DNA of 64,000 bases from Carcharhinus longimanus (taxonomy: Eukaryota): contig JASCQW010000162.1 of assembly GCA_030264375.1 (NCBI GenBank), forward strand, positions 45,044,001-45,108,000, written 5' to 3'. Below, one piece after another: positions 51,011 through 62,380 of the stretch. The translations under genes were made by a program, and so were the position numbers. Position 1 is the stretch's first letter. The number at the start of each line of letters is the position of its first letter. The notes beneath the pieces were generated by a model. That model saw only the letters and a list, made by a program, of their open reading frames with translations. It was not told the origin of the DNA and did not search any database.

Positions 51011-54000
51011 CAGAAGTATTCTGATTTTCTATACATTTTTGCTGATGTTACTTATCAGGTTCTTTGCCATTACCTGTCTTCAGGGTTTAGTTTACAGTGT
51101 AAGTAGTATTGCATCAATGCTTTTTGAGATTAAAATTAAACATTATAAAAGTCACAAAACCAAGAAATGAAAAGATGAGACAATAAATTTACAAAACTTC
51201 GTAGTGTAAATTCTGCCAATATTGCATTTTACTTTCGATGGACATATTCTCAGATGTCTATGACTCCTTTCCTTACCCACTGACATATGGCTAAATGATA
51301 TGTAAATTAGAAAAAAAGTGCATGAAATAATGTGTCTCAACTGCATTGTTACTCAATCAGAAGTGAAAAATTTGTTTGGCCCAGTACCTGGGACTCACTA
51401 TTTAGATAAAAAAAACAGAACTCTTGATTTGATAAATAGATTTCCAATAAATAAGAAACAGGACATATTGAATAACTATTTTGTTTATCCTACCGGTTGA
51501 AAATACTTCCATTTGAATTCAGAATGTACAAAGCTACAAATACTACATTCTGTGGTGTAATGTTCTTTCCTGCACATCCAGTTGAAACTTTACACTGATA
51601 TCGCATTGAACTTTTTAATTTCAAGAACATGCCTTACATTTTAATGAAAGGCAGCCAGAAAGCAAGAAGAAACTTGTTACCTGTAATCTTTCAAAAACCG
51701 AGATCTTAACAATCAAACAACAAACGGTTGAGTTGATGTTTCGATGCATTCTGACACAAAGGCAGGATAGGGTTTTGCAACATTGTCTGTACCTCAAAAG
51801 ATGCACTAGTTGAACAATATTTGCAGCATTGTTGGGAGAGGAGAATCATTGGGAAAGTATTCCAGGCAGGTTTTATATATCTCCTTATTACAACCTTTTA
51901 CATTACAGTATTTATAAGCCAATGTGTGTCAGATAAGTTTTAATATGCCAACCAGTCTCTTGTGATATTAGTCAAGGTAATCTGCAGTCCGGCATTAAAA
52001 TTTCACTGATAAGGTAGCATTGTATTTAAATTATCATGTCCCTTTAAGACTATTTCTCAGGTATTCCTTGTGAGATCGCCCAAATAAGCTCATTTGCAGG
52101 GTAATTATTGGAGATTGGTAACTCCTGCTGTTGTGAAGAGGCAGGATATCAGGTCAGAAAGAATTGATAGGAAATAACTTTTTTATTTTTGACTTATACT
52201 TTTAATGAATAGAAGGTTGATGTAAGTGTTTAAATATTAATACATGTTCATAAAGAAACTATTGAGATTTTCCATAATGTATTAACCTTGTAGCATATTC
52301 TGGATAATCCAATACATAACAGTGGCTCCTTACTAAAGAAAATGTACAACATTCTTCTACCAAATTTTGCCATTTTGTATCATGTGTTGTAATATTTTTG
52401 TCACAATGGCTTGAAATATGCATTCATTCAAAACACAGATCAAAAGGCAACAGATCAGCAATAACAAACTCCAGGGACTCCAAGACTGGGAAGTCATTGA
52501 GAGTCTTAACCTTTCACACATAAAAACTGCATTCACATGACACTCTCAATAAGGCGGTCTTTAGAAGCTACACAAAAAGTACGTTAGTCAGGGATGAAGT
52601 ACAAAGAAGTTATTTTACTTGTTCTTATATTAAGAGTCATAAACAATGAGATGTTGCAGAGGTAATGATTTTTGAGTTTATGAAAGTATATAGTGATATA
52701 TACTTTAAATCTATTTTTAAAATACTTTAAAGAGACCTCTAACAAAGTTAAATACATTAGCATAACTTTGAATTTCAGATGATGCAGATAAATTGTTCCA
52801 GCTTTGGTCTTGTGGTTTACGACATGATCTAAATGCTTCGATACTGTGTGTGCTTTGTAACTCATTCCTGTGTATCCATGATTCTTTATGCATCACATGG
52901 AGTTGAACTAGATCTTATTACCTATAATATCACTGCTTAGAATGAAAGGGCACTTAGTTCCCACACCAATATGGACTTAAATTCTAGATTCCTTCATGGT
53001 TTCAAAACAGTGAAAGACATTTAATCCATACAGTAATAAAACTGAACTTGATGGATTACATACCAAAAGAGGATTTTGATCAAAGACTTCTGCAATATTA
53101 CTGCAGTATACATATTTTAACAACTGCTTATATTATTATCAATGGGGAAATGCAGCTTGCAGAACAATTCTCAAAAGTTAAACTAGTTTGGAAAGAAAAT
53201 GCATTAAAGCACCCCGTGGAATGATCAAGTAATGTTCTTTAATTGTAATTGAAATGTTGGGATTCACTGAAAGTATCGAACGACGGAGAAGTAAACATGA
53301 GAAAAAATGAGAAGTTCTAAGACATAGAATGATCTTTTAAAAAATGCCTTCAACAATGCTATTAGCTTGCATCTATTAAATTTATTCCAAGAAAGCACCA
53401 TTTGAAAGAAAATGATTAGCAAGTGTAAATGATATATTAAAATGAAGAATGGGGCCTGCTGCGATTACACAATTTATATACCATATTCGTCCCATGAGTC
53501 AGTGATGCTATAACAACCCTGGTTTCACTCATCCTTCCTGTGTTCTAAAGCCCTGGGTCATAAAAACAAAGGTCTTTCCTCAGAAGCTAAGGATGAAAGT
53601 AGATCAGAGACTTTCAGCCTGTCACCTTTGAGTAGACACTGGCTGATAACATCTACAGATGTGCAACTGAGTTAATTCTTTATTTATCCTCTAACTAAAA
53701 CCACACTAATATTTATTGATTTTTGATACAGACATTGTAATAAATGGTGAATAAAATTATTAGGGGAAAAAGTGTTTCAGATGCCAGTATTTTGAATGTG
53801 GAGGTGACAGGCCAAATGGCCATTTCTCATCTTATATATTTCTGTGTTCTTATAAAATTAGCTAGAGTAGAAAGAGCAGCTTGGTTCAGAAACCATTTTT
53901 TTTCTAACTGGTTCCCTGGTGATATTTGTGATACTGATGAGTTCCTTTGAAATACGATGACTTGGGTTCACAACATTTATGGAGTTACCAGTATCGTTCT

Positions 54001-54269
54001 GGCATAACTGGTCTATTGGCATAGAAATTCCCCAAGATTTGAAATTTGTATTGATTGTGAATGTGTTGGTGTATGATTCAATATTCCCATCACACTTGAT
54101 TTTAGCTTGACCATGACATTCACATGTACTGAACGCTACCTCATTCTGCACTTCCAGCAGGTTAAATGTATGCCAGAGTGAAAGGGAGTGCAAAATACAA
54201 AATAAGAAAAAACAGCCAAAAAAAAGTCAGAATTGAAATATCGCAAGCTTTTTGAAAACAAATCTGGAT

Positions 54270-54750
54270 TTTTTTTCTGACAAGGACTGGAATACAAAGG
54301 ACTTAGGCTTCAGCCATGGACTTGGTCAGACCAAATCCGGAGAACTGTATTAGTTTGGGCCACCAACCTCTGGAAGGATATATCAGCTTTGGGAAAGGGT
54401 GGGGTGTAAAGTTTCCACAGTCATAGCAGGGCTTAAAGGATTAAATTGTGTGAACAGGTTGCACAAATTTATCTTATATTTCCTGTCACATAGAGAGGAG
54501 TAGGGGGAGAACGTAATCTAATTGAGGTGCTTAAAACGATAAAAGGATTTGATGGGGCAGACAAAAGCAATCATCTATTTACTCTAGGTGGGGAAGTCAG
54601 AACAAGAGGACAAAATCTTAAAATGAGATAAATCTTTCCTGGGTGTGATTATCAAGGAATATGAGTAAATGGGGAGGAAATGCAGATCAGCCTTGATCTA
54701 ACTGAATGATGCAACATGATTGAGGGAAGAATATCCTATTCATGTTCCTT
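54270..54750 (+). mobile_element. CR1-like LINE 3' fragment
   Basis: ggactggaatacaaag..ttggtcagacc..ggaaggatata..tctaattgaggtgcttaaaa; degenerate tail. Confidence 0.7.
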
Positions 54751-54775
54751 TGTGCTATAATTTTACATAACTTTT

Positions 54776-54832
54776 GAGCCTGATTTTAACCCATTCAAAA
54801 CCATTCCACTTGCAAAGAGTTAAAATCAGCCT
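54776..54832. mobile_element. ~56 bp micro-MITE (second copy at 58829-58884)
   Basis: Perfect 11 bp inverted repeat ctgattttaac (54780-54790) / gttaaaatcag (54819-54829). Confidence 0.65.
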
Positions 54833-55002
54833 ATGAGTACACTTCCTCATTCTTGAATCATGCAGTGTCAAGATAGGCGCAGGGCAAAAGTGCACAAATA
54901 TAAATAATTTCTGAATGCTGAACTGCAACTTGTCAAGAATTATTCTTCATTGCAAACCAACAGTTTCCTTAATAGAACTGAAAGATAGCAATAGATGATG
55001 GT

Positions 55003-55205
55003 GCCGCTGTCCAAAGATGTGCGAGTTACGTGGATTGGCCATGCTAAATTGTCTCTTAATGTCCCCTTAGGGGGATTAGTAGGGTAAATGTGAGGTTATG
55101 GAGATAGGGCCAGGGGTGGGCCTGGGTAAAATGCTCTGTCAGAGAATCGGTGCAGACTCAATGGGCCGAATGGCCTTTTTCCCCATTTTAGAGATTGTAT
55201 GATTA
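55003..55205 (+). mobile_element. HE1-like SINE 3' half
   Basis: gtccaaagatgtgcgagttacgtggattggccatgctaaatt..tcggtgcagactcaatgggccgaatggcct. Confidence 0.85.
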
Positions 55206-57060
55206 TTTTACTTCAAGGGCAAACTTCTCAGGNNNNNNNNNNNNNNNNNNNNNNNNNNNNNNNNNNNNNNNNNNNNNNNNNNNNNNNNNNNNNNNNNNNN
55301 NNNNNNNNNNNNNNNNNNNNNNNNNNNNNNNNAAATGACAATATCAAAGCACCTCCATTGCAATGACATATTTGTCGCATACAGAGGTCACAATATTCAT
55401 GACAACAGAACCAATAAATGAGATGGCAATGTGAAGAGCTTTTGAGTATTTTCAACATAAGACATTTAGAATTTCTCATTCCGTGGTGTTTGATGCAGCT
55501 ACACGCTTAATCAATTTCTTGTGGAAAAAGAAAATAAGATGTCAATTAATTGTGTGCTCAACGTGAAAATAAACCAGGAAGGTTCCTATTTGCCTTAAGG
55601 GGAAATTTGTTTATTCAGTCTTTATAGTTTTACAATACTCTGAACTGTTGGGTCTCTGAGTTATCAGTGCGCTGCAGAAAGCAGAAACAACATTGTGTGA
55701 TGCAACTGCACATTAAATAAAGAATAAAAAGCCACAGATGCAAGGAGTCATTTTGGCCACCCTTTGTGCCATTAGAATCTAATTTTCTGCCTATTAAAAT
55801 GTCCCTTACTATTCAGGCGGTAGCAGTAGCCAATGATTGGTGTGTAATTGACTATAATTGTCTTTTCACTTTTCATTTATGTCATTCCGTGCTTCCTTCT
55901 GTTCTTCAATTTATAGAAAGATTTTCAAGAAAATCCTACCTTTAACACTCTATCTCCTAGCTTTGAAATGACTCACTTTTAATTATAGATTCCGGTCCCT
56001 TGTGACCAATATTAAAAATTAACTGGTGTACATATCAGATGACACCTGTGTCCAACTTACGCTGACAAATGGAGACAGTATATTTTAATAAAACGATAAT
56101 GTCAACTTTCCACCAGCTGGTAATACATTTAAAAAGTTTAAGGCCTTTCCAATGCTATCTGCAATCATTCCATCTGAGGATAATTTACTGACCCACTGGT
56201 AACAAAATGGATGTTCTGCAGAGTAGTAACATTCCGATATTAAATGTTAAAATCGCTTAACAAAGCATTGAAAGATAACCCATACATTTTAATCAAAAGG
56301 GCAAGTCAATATTGACAGTTCCTATTTGTGCACCTAATATTATTTCCTGAGCTACATTCAGCAAATAGAGTGGCTATTAATCATGTAGAATCAGTACAAT
56401 CTCATCTAAAGAGGTCCTTGTAGAAACAGCTCCCTGGGCATATTGTTTGTCAATTACTCTTATGCTTTTTATCAATTGTCTCTTGAAATTTGCTATTCAG
56501 TCTATAGATTTACTATATATAAAGTAGCACTTTTGAATCACACCGTAAACACTGTATGCTGCATATATCAGTCTATGTCTGAATCAAAATGAAGAATGGT
56601 AAAATATACCTGTTAGGCACAATAACAGAAAAAAAAACATGCATGAAGCAACTGAAATAAAAATGTGAATTGCAAGGTAGGGAACATTTATCAATACTGC
56701 TGTTACAGTAACTTTGAATTTCACATTGGATAATGGTTTTAGTTCCATTTGTCAATACTTCTTAGTAGCTATTCTAAATATCATGTTTCAATTATTTTTC
56801 CACTGTGACTGAATTTTATTTTTTTTCTAAAAAAATGATAGATGCAGCAAAATGTTTATCTTCTGAAGTGTCAAGGGAAGCAAGTGTCTGAAAGATTAGT
56901 TTGAACAACGAGTAGCCACAAACTCGCGGTCACATGAGCTGCACAGTCAGATTTGTGCAATGATTTAAGTTTAGAAAATGCTTCTTCAGTTTTGCCTTGG
57001 GTAGTAAACTATTTGGTTCACAGATACAGTAGATACCCTGTTTTGAATCACAAAACTGAC

Positions 57061-57275
57061 CTGAGGTGAGAGGCCGTTGCTAACTGTTGGGTTCATGGGA
57101 TTGGTAGAGCCTGTAGGAGACACAAAGCTGTCTGTGTACCCTGAAAATCCATGCCTGCTGGTGGATAAGCAGTAAGCTGAACTGCTGTCTGGAGTAGAAG
57201 GGAGGCTGCTCTGGTGAACTGATGTCGGAGGCAGAGGCTGTGGCCTGTGAACTGTGTTGCTTGGATCTGAGATTG
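57061..57275 (-). CDS. pax3: Pax3 exon 7 (Pro/Ser/Thr-rich transactivation region)
   Basis: ctttcag|CA ATC TCA GAT CCA ... TCA CCT CAG|gtcagt encodes (A)[71 protein letters not shown]. 215 nt; phase 1 in, phase 0 out, matching exons 6 and 8. Confidence 0.98.
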
Positions 57276-57764
57276 CTGAAAGCACAATAACATTTATTGT
57301 ATCAGTAATGCTGCATCATTTTCATTTCGTAAGAAACAGTTCAGTTGGGTCCAAAGGCAATTTGCTTATGTAACTGCTAAATTGTCAAAAAATACTTTAA
57401 AATGGTGATTATGAAAACATTTAAAATTTCAGAATTATAGTTTGATAATGCATTGTCTGCAGAAAAAAGTGACTGGAAAGTCTATTTTTACTTGTTATAA
57501 ACACATGTTGTGGTAATGTAAATGCCATCATTGTCAAGTGCCCCTTGCATTTCATGTTACAGTGAACAAAATGATTTGAAGGCAAAGTACAGTGTTGGCA
57601 TGGAGCCTCACTAGACAGGAAAACAGGTCAGAGGATCTGATTCATCATCATACCTGATTAGCAACCCTCCAAATTTTCAGTGATTGATTTAAAAGCTGGA
57701 AAACCTAGAGTGCTACAAATTGGACACACTGGTCTAGATTTTCTCTGAACAGAGTAAATCCTGA

Positions 57765-58390
57765 TGTCAGGACCATATGTGGGTCCCAAGCGCATAACGT
57801 AGGCAGCCAGACGGCAGTGGCAGGAGGCAGCTTCTAATCGGCCACCGCAGAGCTCGCACTGAAGGATGGCAGAATGGTTCTCCACTGCCAATCTGATCAG
57901 TGCCTCTCATGGCAGCACCAAGAGAGATGGCCAACACTGAGGTTGCAGGGAGAATGAAAGGCCACCTCCATTTTGAGGCACCCTTACTGGGGAGTAAGAA
58001 CTTTTTTTTCTTCTCGTCAGAGTCAGGCAATTAGACTACAACAGTTAGAGTGGTAGTTTCTCTAAACCCATTGGCCATGGAGATGGCCTTTGCAATGAGG
58101 CTTGGATCCTGTGGCTCTGATGCCTGCCGCCCCCTCACCCTCCTTGTACCTGGCAATTGGCTTAAATGGCAGAGCCCATTCACCAATGGCAAAATGCCAG
58201 CAGCCCCTCTCAAACTGGCTCCCCAGAGGTCATTAGTTATTTCAATTCACTGACCACCTCCAGGTGGGCAGCAGGTTGGCAACATAGCCCATAGCATAGC
58301 CCAGGGACTGCAAGAGGATCCCTTTTGCCATGGCTCCAGCATTTTAGGAGGAATCCACCTCCCAGCTTGTCACCCACAAATTCTGCTCAA
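57765..58390. mobile_element. GC-rich non-autonomous DNA element in pax3 intron 6
   Basis: GC-rich island ending aaattctgctc, similar to other MITE ends in the window; the ORFs have no recognisable domain. Confidence 0.4.
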
Positions 58391-58989
58391 TGTAGCCTAT
58401 CCCAAATCTTAAATCTGTGTTCAATCAAGTAAGGGTGTATATTGGGATAATCTTGCAAAACCCATCTTTTTTTAGCTTTTTTCCTCTCGAGCAAAAATAG
58501 TATTTGCTAAATGCTCTCTCAGAAAGAAATAATTTCATCTTTCTTACTATTACAATAGTAGTTGCACCTCATTTAACATACCAAATACATGTTACATTAA
58601 AGACAGCCTCAATATGATTAAAAGAGATGCATTATAATGTCTTGCATTATATATTGTTGGATTGATCACTCCACACTATAAACAGGACATTTAGCACAAT
58701 AAATGTTCTCTTAAATATTTATGAATAATATTGGACTTCACCTGTACTGAGAAATGTATGCATATATTTTACATCCCCTTGTCATTTTCTATTTGCATGA
58801 AGAGTGCAGGTGTAGAAGGGTTCAAAAAGCCTGACTTTTGACTATTCAAAACCCATTCACTTGCACAGCATTAAAATTGAGCCCATGCATCATGTCTGCC
58901 TCGAAATTCTGGAGATTGGAGCTCAATTTCATTCTTTTCCACCATTATGCATCACTACCTATTTTAGCATCAGTTCCTCTTAACGTGCA

Positions 58990-59162
58990 TTAGCTCTCAG
59001 TTCTTTCCACTCTGGGGCCTGGTTTAATGTCCTGCCCATGTTGATGGGATGAAAGTCTCCAGTGTCTGTTGGCTGCAAGGGTCCCATATAATAATGGTGA
59101 GCCTTCTTGTAATCAGTCCCTAGTGAATGTGGATCCATTCACTAATTTGAGCTAAATTGGAC
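58990..59162 (+). mobile_element. LF-SINE-like relic in pax3 intron 6
   Basis: ctttccactctgg..tggtttaatgtcctgcccatgt..gaaagtc..tctgttggctg..cagtccctagtgaa..actaatt..ctaaattgg is collinear with the LF-SINE 5' half as I recall it. Confidence 0.55.
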
Positions 59163-59934
59163 ATTTCAAGGTGGAAATAGGTTTTCGGTTGTGGTTTGGA
59201 ATGAGCAACTTCAATAGGAAAAAATATGAGTGCAGTGTAAAATGGGCTGCTGATTTGCTGTCACTCATTTTATACTCCAACCAAAGAAGAATTTCACCCC
59301 ACCCTTCATTCCTTATTTAAGATGGAAAAGATAAATGAGAGCAGTAGAAAGGTACAATTAGGTAAGCGTCTGTGAATGGAAATATTTCCTTCATGGACTA
59401 TGCTATAGTGAAATGCTCAGCACTGTTTATGCAAAAGTTTATGATTTTGTTACACACGGATTGTGGAGGCAATCTTTTACCATGTGGGAAAGTGTAAAGT
59501 GAGTTTAACTTCACATTGAGTGTGATTGATAGCACTAGGTCCCAAACTGGTAAGTTTTCCATTTCCTCGTGCCGACATCTTGAGGATAAAAATTCACCCC
59601 AAAATGTTTCCTTAAATCTACACACTAAACTTGTTTGATAGCTATTTAGCATAACTGGAGGTTATTTCAATGCCATGCAACATCTGGAAAAAATGACTGC
59701 AGTAGAAATGTCAAACCGCTTTTAGGAATCGTACAGAAAAGCCTTGTAGGCACAGAGATCAAAACAAATGGAAAAACTTTATTACTGGAGGGTAGAAAAC
59801 AAATTAATAAAAATTATTAAAATTTTGTTTAGTTGCCCCACAATTTTAAAAATAATTGCGATATTCTTAAATAATTTTGCAGAACAACCATCTTTACCAT
59901 CAGAATAGGGGATCTCCAATATTTAAATAGCACT

Positions 59935-60109
59935 GGGGAAAATTTTGTCTCAGAGGCATTAGCACTGGATGAGCCAATTGTTATGTCTCACTTGATATTT
60001 TTATTTAGTTCTACTGAACTCAGTGGGATGAAACATCAGATTGTAATATTACAGGCAGCCTAAACCATAATTATCATTAACACCACCACTCAAGAAGATT
60101 TTCTACCCC
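59935..60109. mobile_element. Old ~175 bp MITE with central palindrome
   Basis: Termini ggggaaaattttgtct / agaagattttctacccc. Centre ttctactgaactcagtggga plus acaggcagcct is shared with 49872-49978. Confidence 0.55.
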
Positions 60110-60400
60110 TATCTTTAATCTCCCAAGCTGAAGGAAATATCACATCAGATGCTGTAGCTATTGTGAAATTATTTCCTTTTTCTTTCCTTCTGGAACAGTT
60201 CACTTTTTTTACTGCAGTAAAGATAAAAGCCAATGCTAAATTCTAGGGCTTTTTTTCTAAAAGTTTTTTGGCTTATTCTAAATAATTCAGGAGCGCACAG
60301 ATCTGGGCAGATGCTTTGAATTGACAATTCCAAAATTTCGTGCTGTAAGAGATACAGACATCAAATGTTCACATAGCTTAAATAGGAGGATTTGTTTTAC

Positions 60401-60566
60401 CCTGTGGTATGGATGTAGGAGGATAACTGGCATCAGACAGCTGATAAGGAGACAACGCTGGCATTGCTGTAGGTGGGAATCCTCCAGGGATCAGGTGATT
60501 AAATGCCAATAGTTGATTGGCTCCTGCTTGTTTCCTCCAACGAGCACGGCGATTGCTGAACCAAAC
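60401..60566 (-). CDS. pax3: Pax3 exon 6 (homeodomain helix 3 and start of the C-terminal region)
   Basis: Minus strand reads tttattag|GTT TGG TTC AGC AAT CGC CGT GCT CGT TGG AGG AAA... = [55 protein letters not shown], ending CAG G|gtaaaa. Ser at homeodomain position 50 marks the Pax class. 166 nt, the size I recall for human PAX3 exon 6. Not in the ORF track. Confidence 0.98.
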
Positions 60567-62139
60567 CTAATAAATTAAACAGGATCACTTCCAGGACAGT
60601 TTTAATTGAATTGAATTTATTTTAGCACAATTATCACTATAATTAAAGTATGAATAATAAAATGAAAATAAACGAGGATGAGCAGAGTAATTCATAGCTC
60701 ATGTGCAAAAAAAAACGCCCACTAAAAAGTGAAATATTCCAATATACTAATTCAATTTTGAAATATGTTTACTTAAGACTGCATTGAGCCTATTGAAAAT
60801 TAACATGATGTAACTCAAAATACTGTAATTGAGCCAAATATATATTCATATACCAGTATTAGTGATGCATTGAAGATTTACATGATTAGGCAATTATTTG
60901 CAGCAATCCTGATGGCAAAGATTATAGAAATTAAGCTATTAAAAATGATCTAAAACTCTCCAGGATGACGCCAAAGTAAATGCCAAGTGCAAAAGTCTCC
61001 TCTATCTTTACCCAAATATTGCTGCAATCAGTGACCTTTAGGCTTACTCAATAGGGCATGCTCAGACTCACTAGGAATAAGGAATTTTCAAGTAAGTAAG
61101 ACTTCCAATAATCTGGTATAAATCTGGGCACGTTCCAGTTCATGTGAAGGTGTCTGTACAGAACCTGAACACTTCCTGAACAAATCCAACATCTATTCCT
61201 TTTATTTTCAAAAAGATGTACAGCTCCTAATTTATTTTTGCACAAATGATAATTGTGTGGAATTAAACATGTCCAGGTTCTTAAGCAGTTAACTGTCATC
61301 AGGTGTTTTATTGCGGTACAGATGTTTTGGGATAACGGTCTCGATCTAAAAGGAGCAAAGAACCATCATATAGCTGTCATTTTTTTAAAGTGTTAAAATT
61401 TATTACAAGAAATAAAAGTTGGCAGACTTAGTACTCCTACTGTTTGAGAAAAGTTAAATTCCCAACACTGAACCATCGTGAAGAAGTCACTGATTGACTT
61501 AAATCTGTCATTCATGCTGGGTTTAGTAAAAGATCCATATGTNNNNNNNNNNNNNNNNNNNNNNNNNNNNNNNNNNNNNNNNNNNNNNNNNNNNNNNNNN
61601 NNNNNNNNNNNNNNNNNNNNNNNNNNNNNNNNNNNNNNNNNNCATATGTTAGTTGTTCTGGGGAATTTAGCAGGGAAGTAGATCACAGCAAGCCACATAA
61701 AAGATGATAGGCCTCATGAGACCAAATGAAGCTGTGAGGAATGCAGAGAAGTCACAGGGTTAAAGCTACATTGTGGCAGCTGCTGCATTAATGTGGCTCC
61801 TGCATGCACTGAAGGGCAAGTACTTAGAAAGTGTTAGTACTCATACTTCACTCACAATCACTCCTGGAGCTCTGAAAGTTGAATGTTTGTGTAGATAATA
61901 AAGATTTTGATGGTGAACAGCAATTACATTATGTGTTGCAGCTCTTGTTATTTTCCAGCACTCCTTTGTGAAGTTAGACAAATGCCCGAACACATGTGAG
62001 ATAATACATCTATAGAGAGAGGCAAATACCCTAAATTACTTTACCCAGCCCCATAACCACAGCACTTTTCCTTCCTTGTCATGTGATCCCACAGATAGCC
62101 CTCTAGTGTCTCAGCAGAGCAGCCAGAATGTTGGATATT

Positions 62140-62380
62140 GCTTTAGTGTTGGAATTGGTGGACTATTCAATTTGGGATTATTGCAGTTGAGTCTGACAGG
62201 GTTCTTATCTGATGCTCATTCATGCACATTTTCTAACTGAGTGCCAGGATAATGATTGAGAGTAGAAGCCTGGTTAATTGCTCCTCCTTTTAACCAAACA
62301 GCTTTGAGGTCCATTTGTAGTTTCTAACCAAGGTCAACAAAATATGGGGATCGAACCTGACACCATTCCGGTCCATATTA
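62140..62380 (-). mobile_element. AmnSINE2-like relic in pax3 intron 5
   Basis: Minus strand gaccggaatggtgtcaGGTTCGATCCCC (B box)..ctacaaatggacctca..accaggcttc..gaaaatgtgcatg..tcagactc..gaatag; overlaps in sequence with the copy at ~3850. Confidence 0.55.

Noticed and set aside
53590-53620. Small hairpin ggatgaaagt..actttcagcc
   Set aside because: A 9/10 bp stem is expected by chance in 64 kb, and there is no other support.
56930-56937. MITF/TFE-type TCATGTGA site next to exon 7
   Set aside because: The same 8-mer occurs several other times in the window, so one match is uninformative.
30373-60566. Assignment to pax7 instead of pax3
   Set aside because: [24 protein letters not shown] and QAISDPS are Pax3-type. 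The LLA in exon 6 is Pax7-like but outweighed.
60290-60600. Apparent enhancer with CCAAT, E-box and GATA motifs
   Set aside because: Mostly explained as pax3 exon 6 coding sequence on the minus strand.
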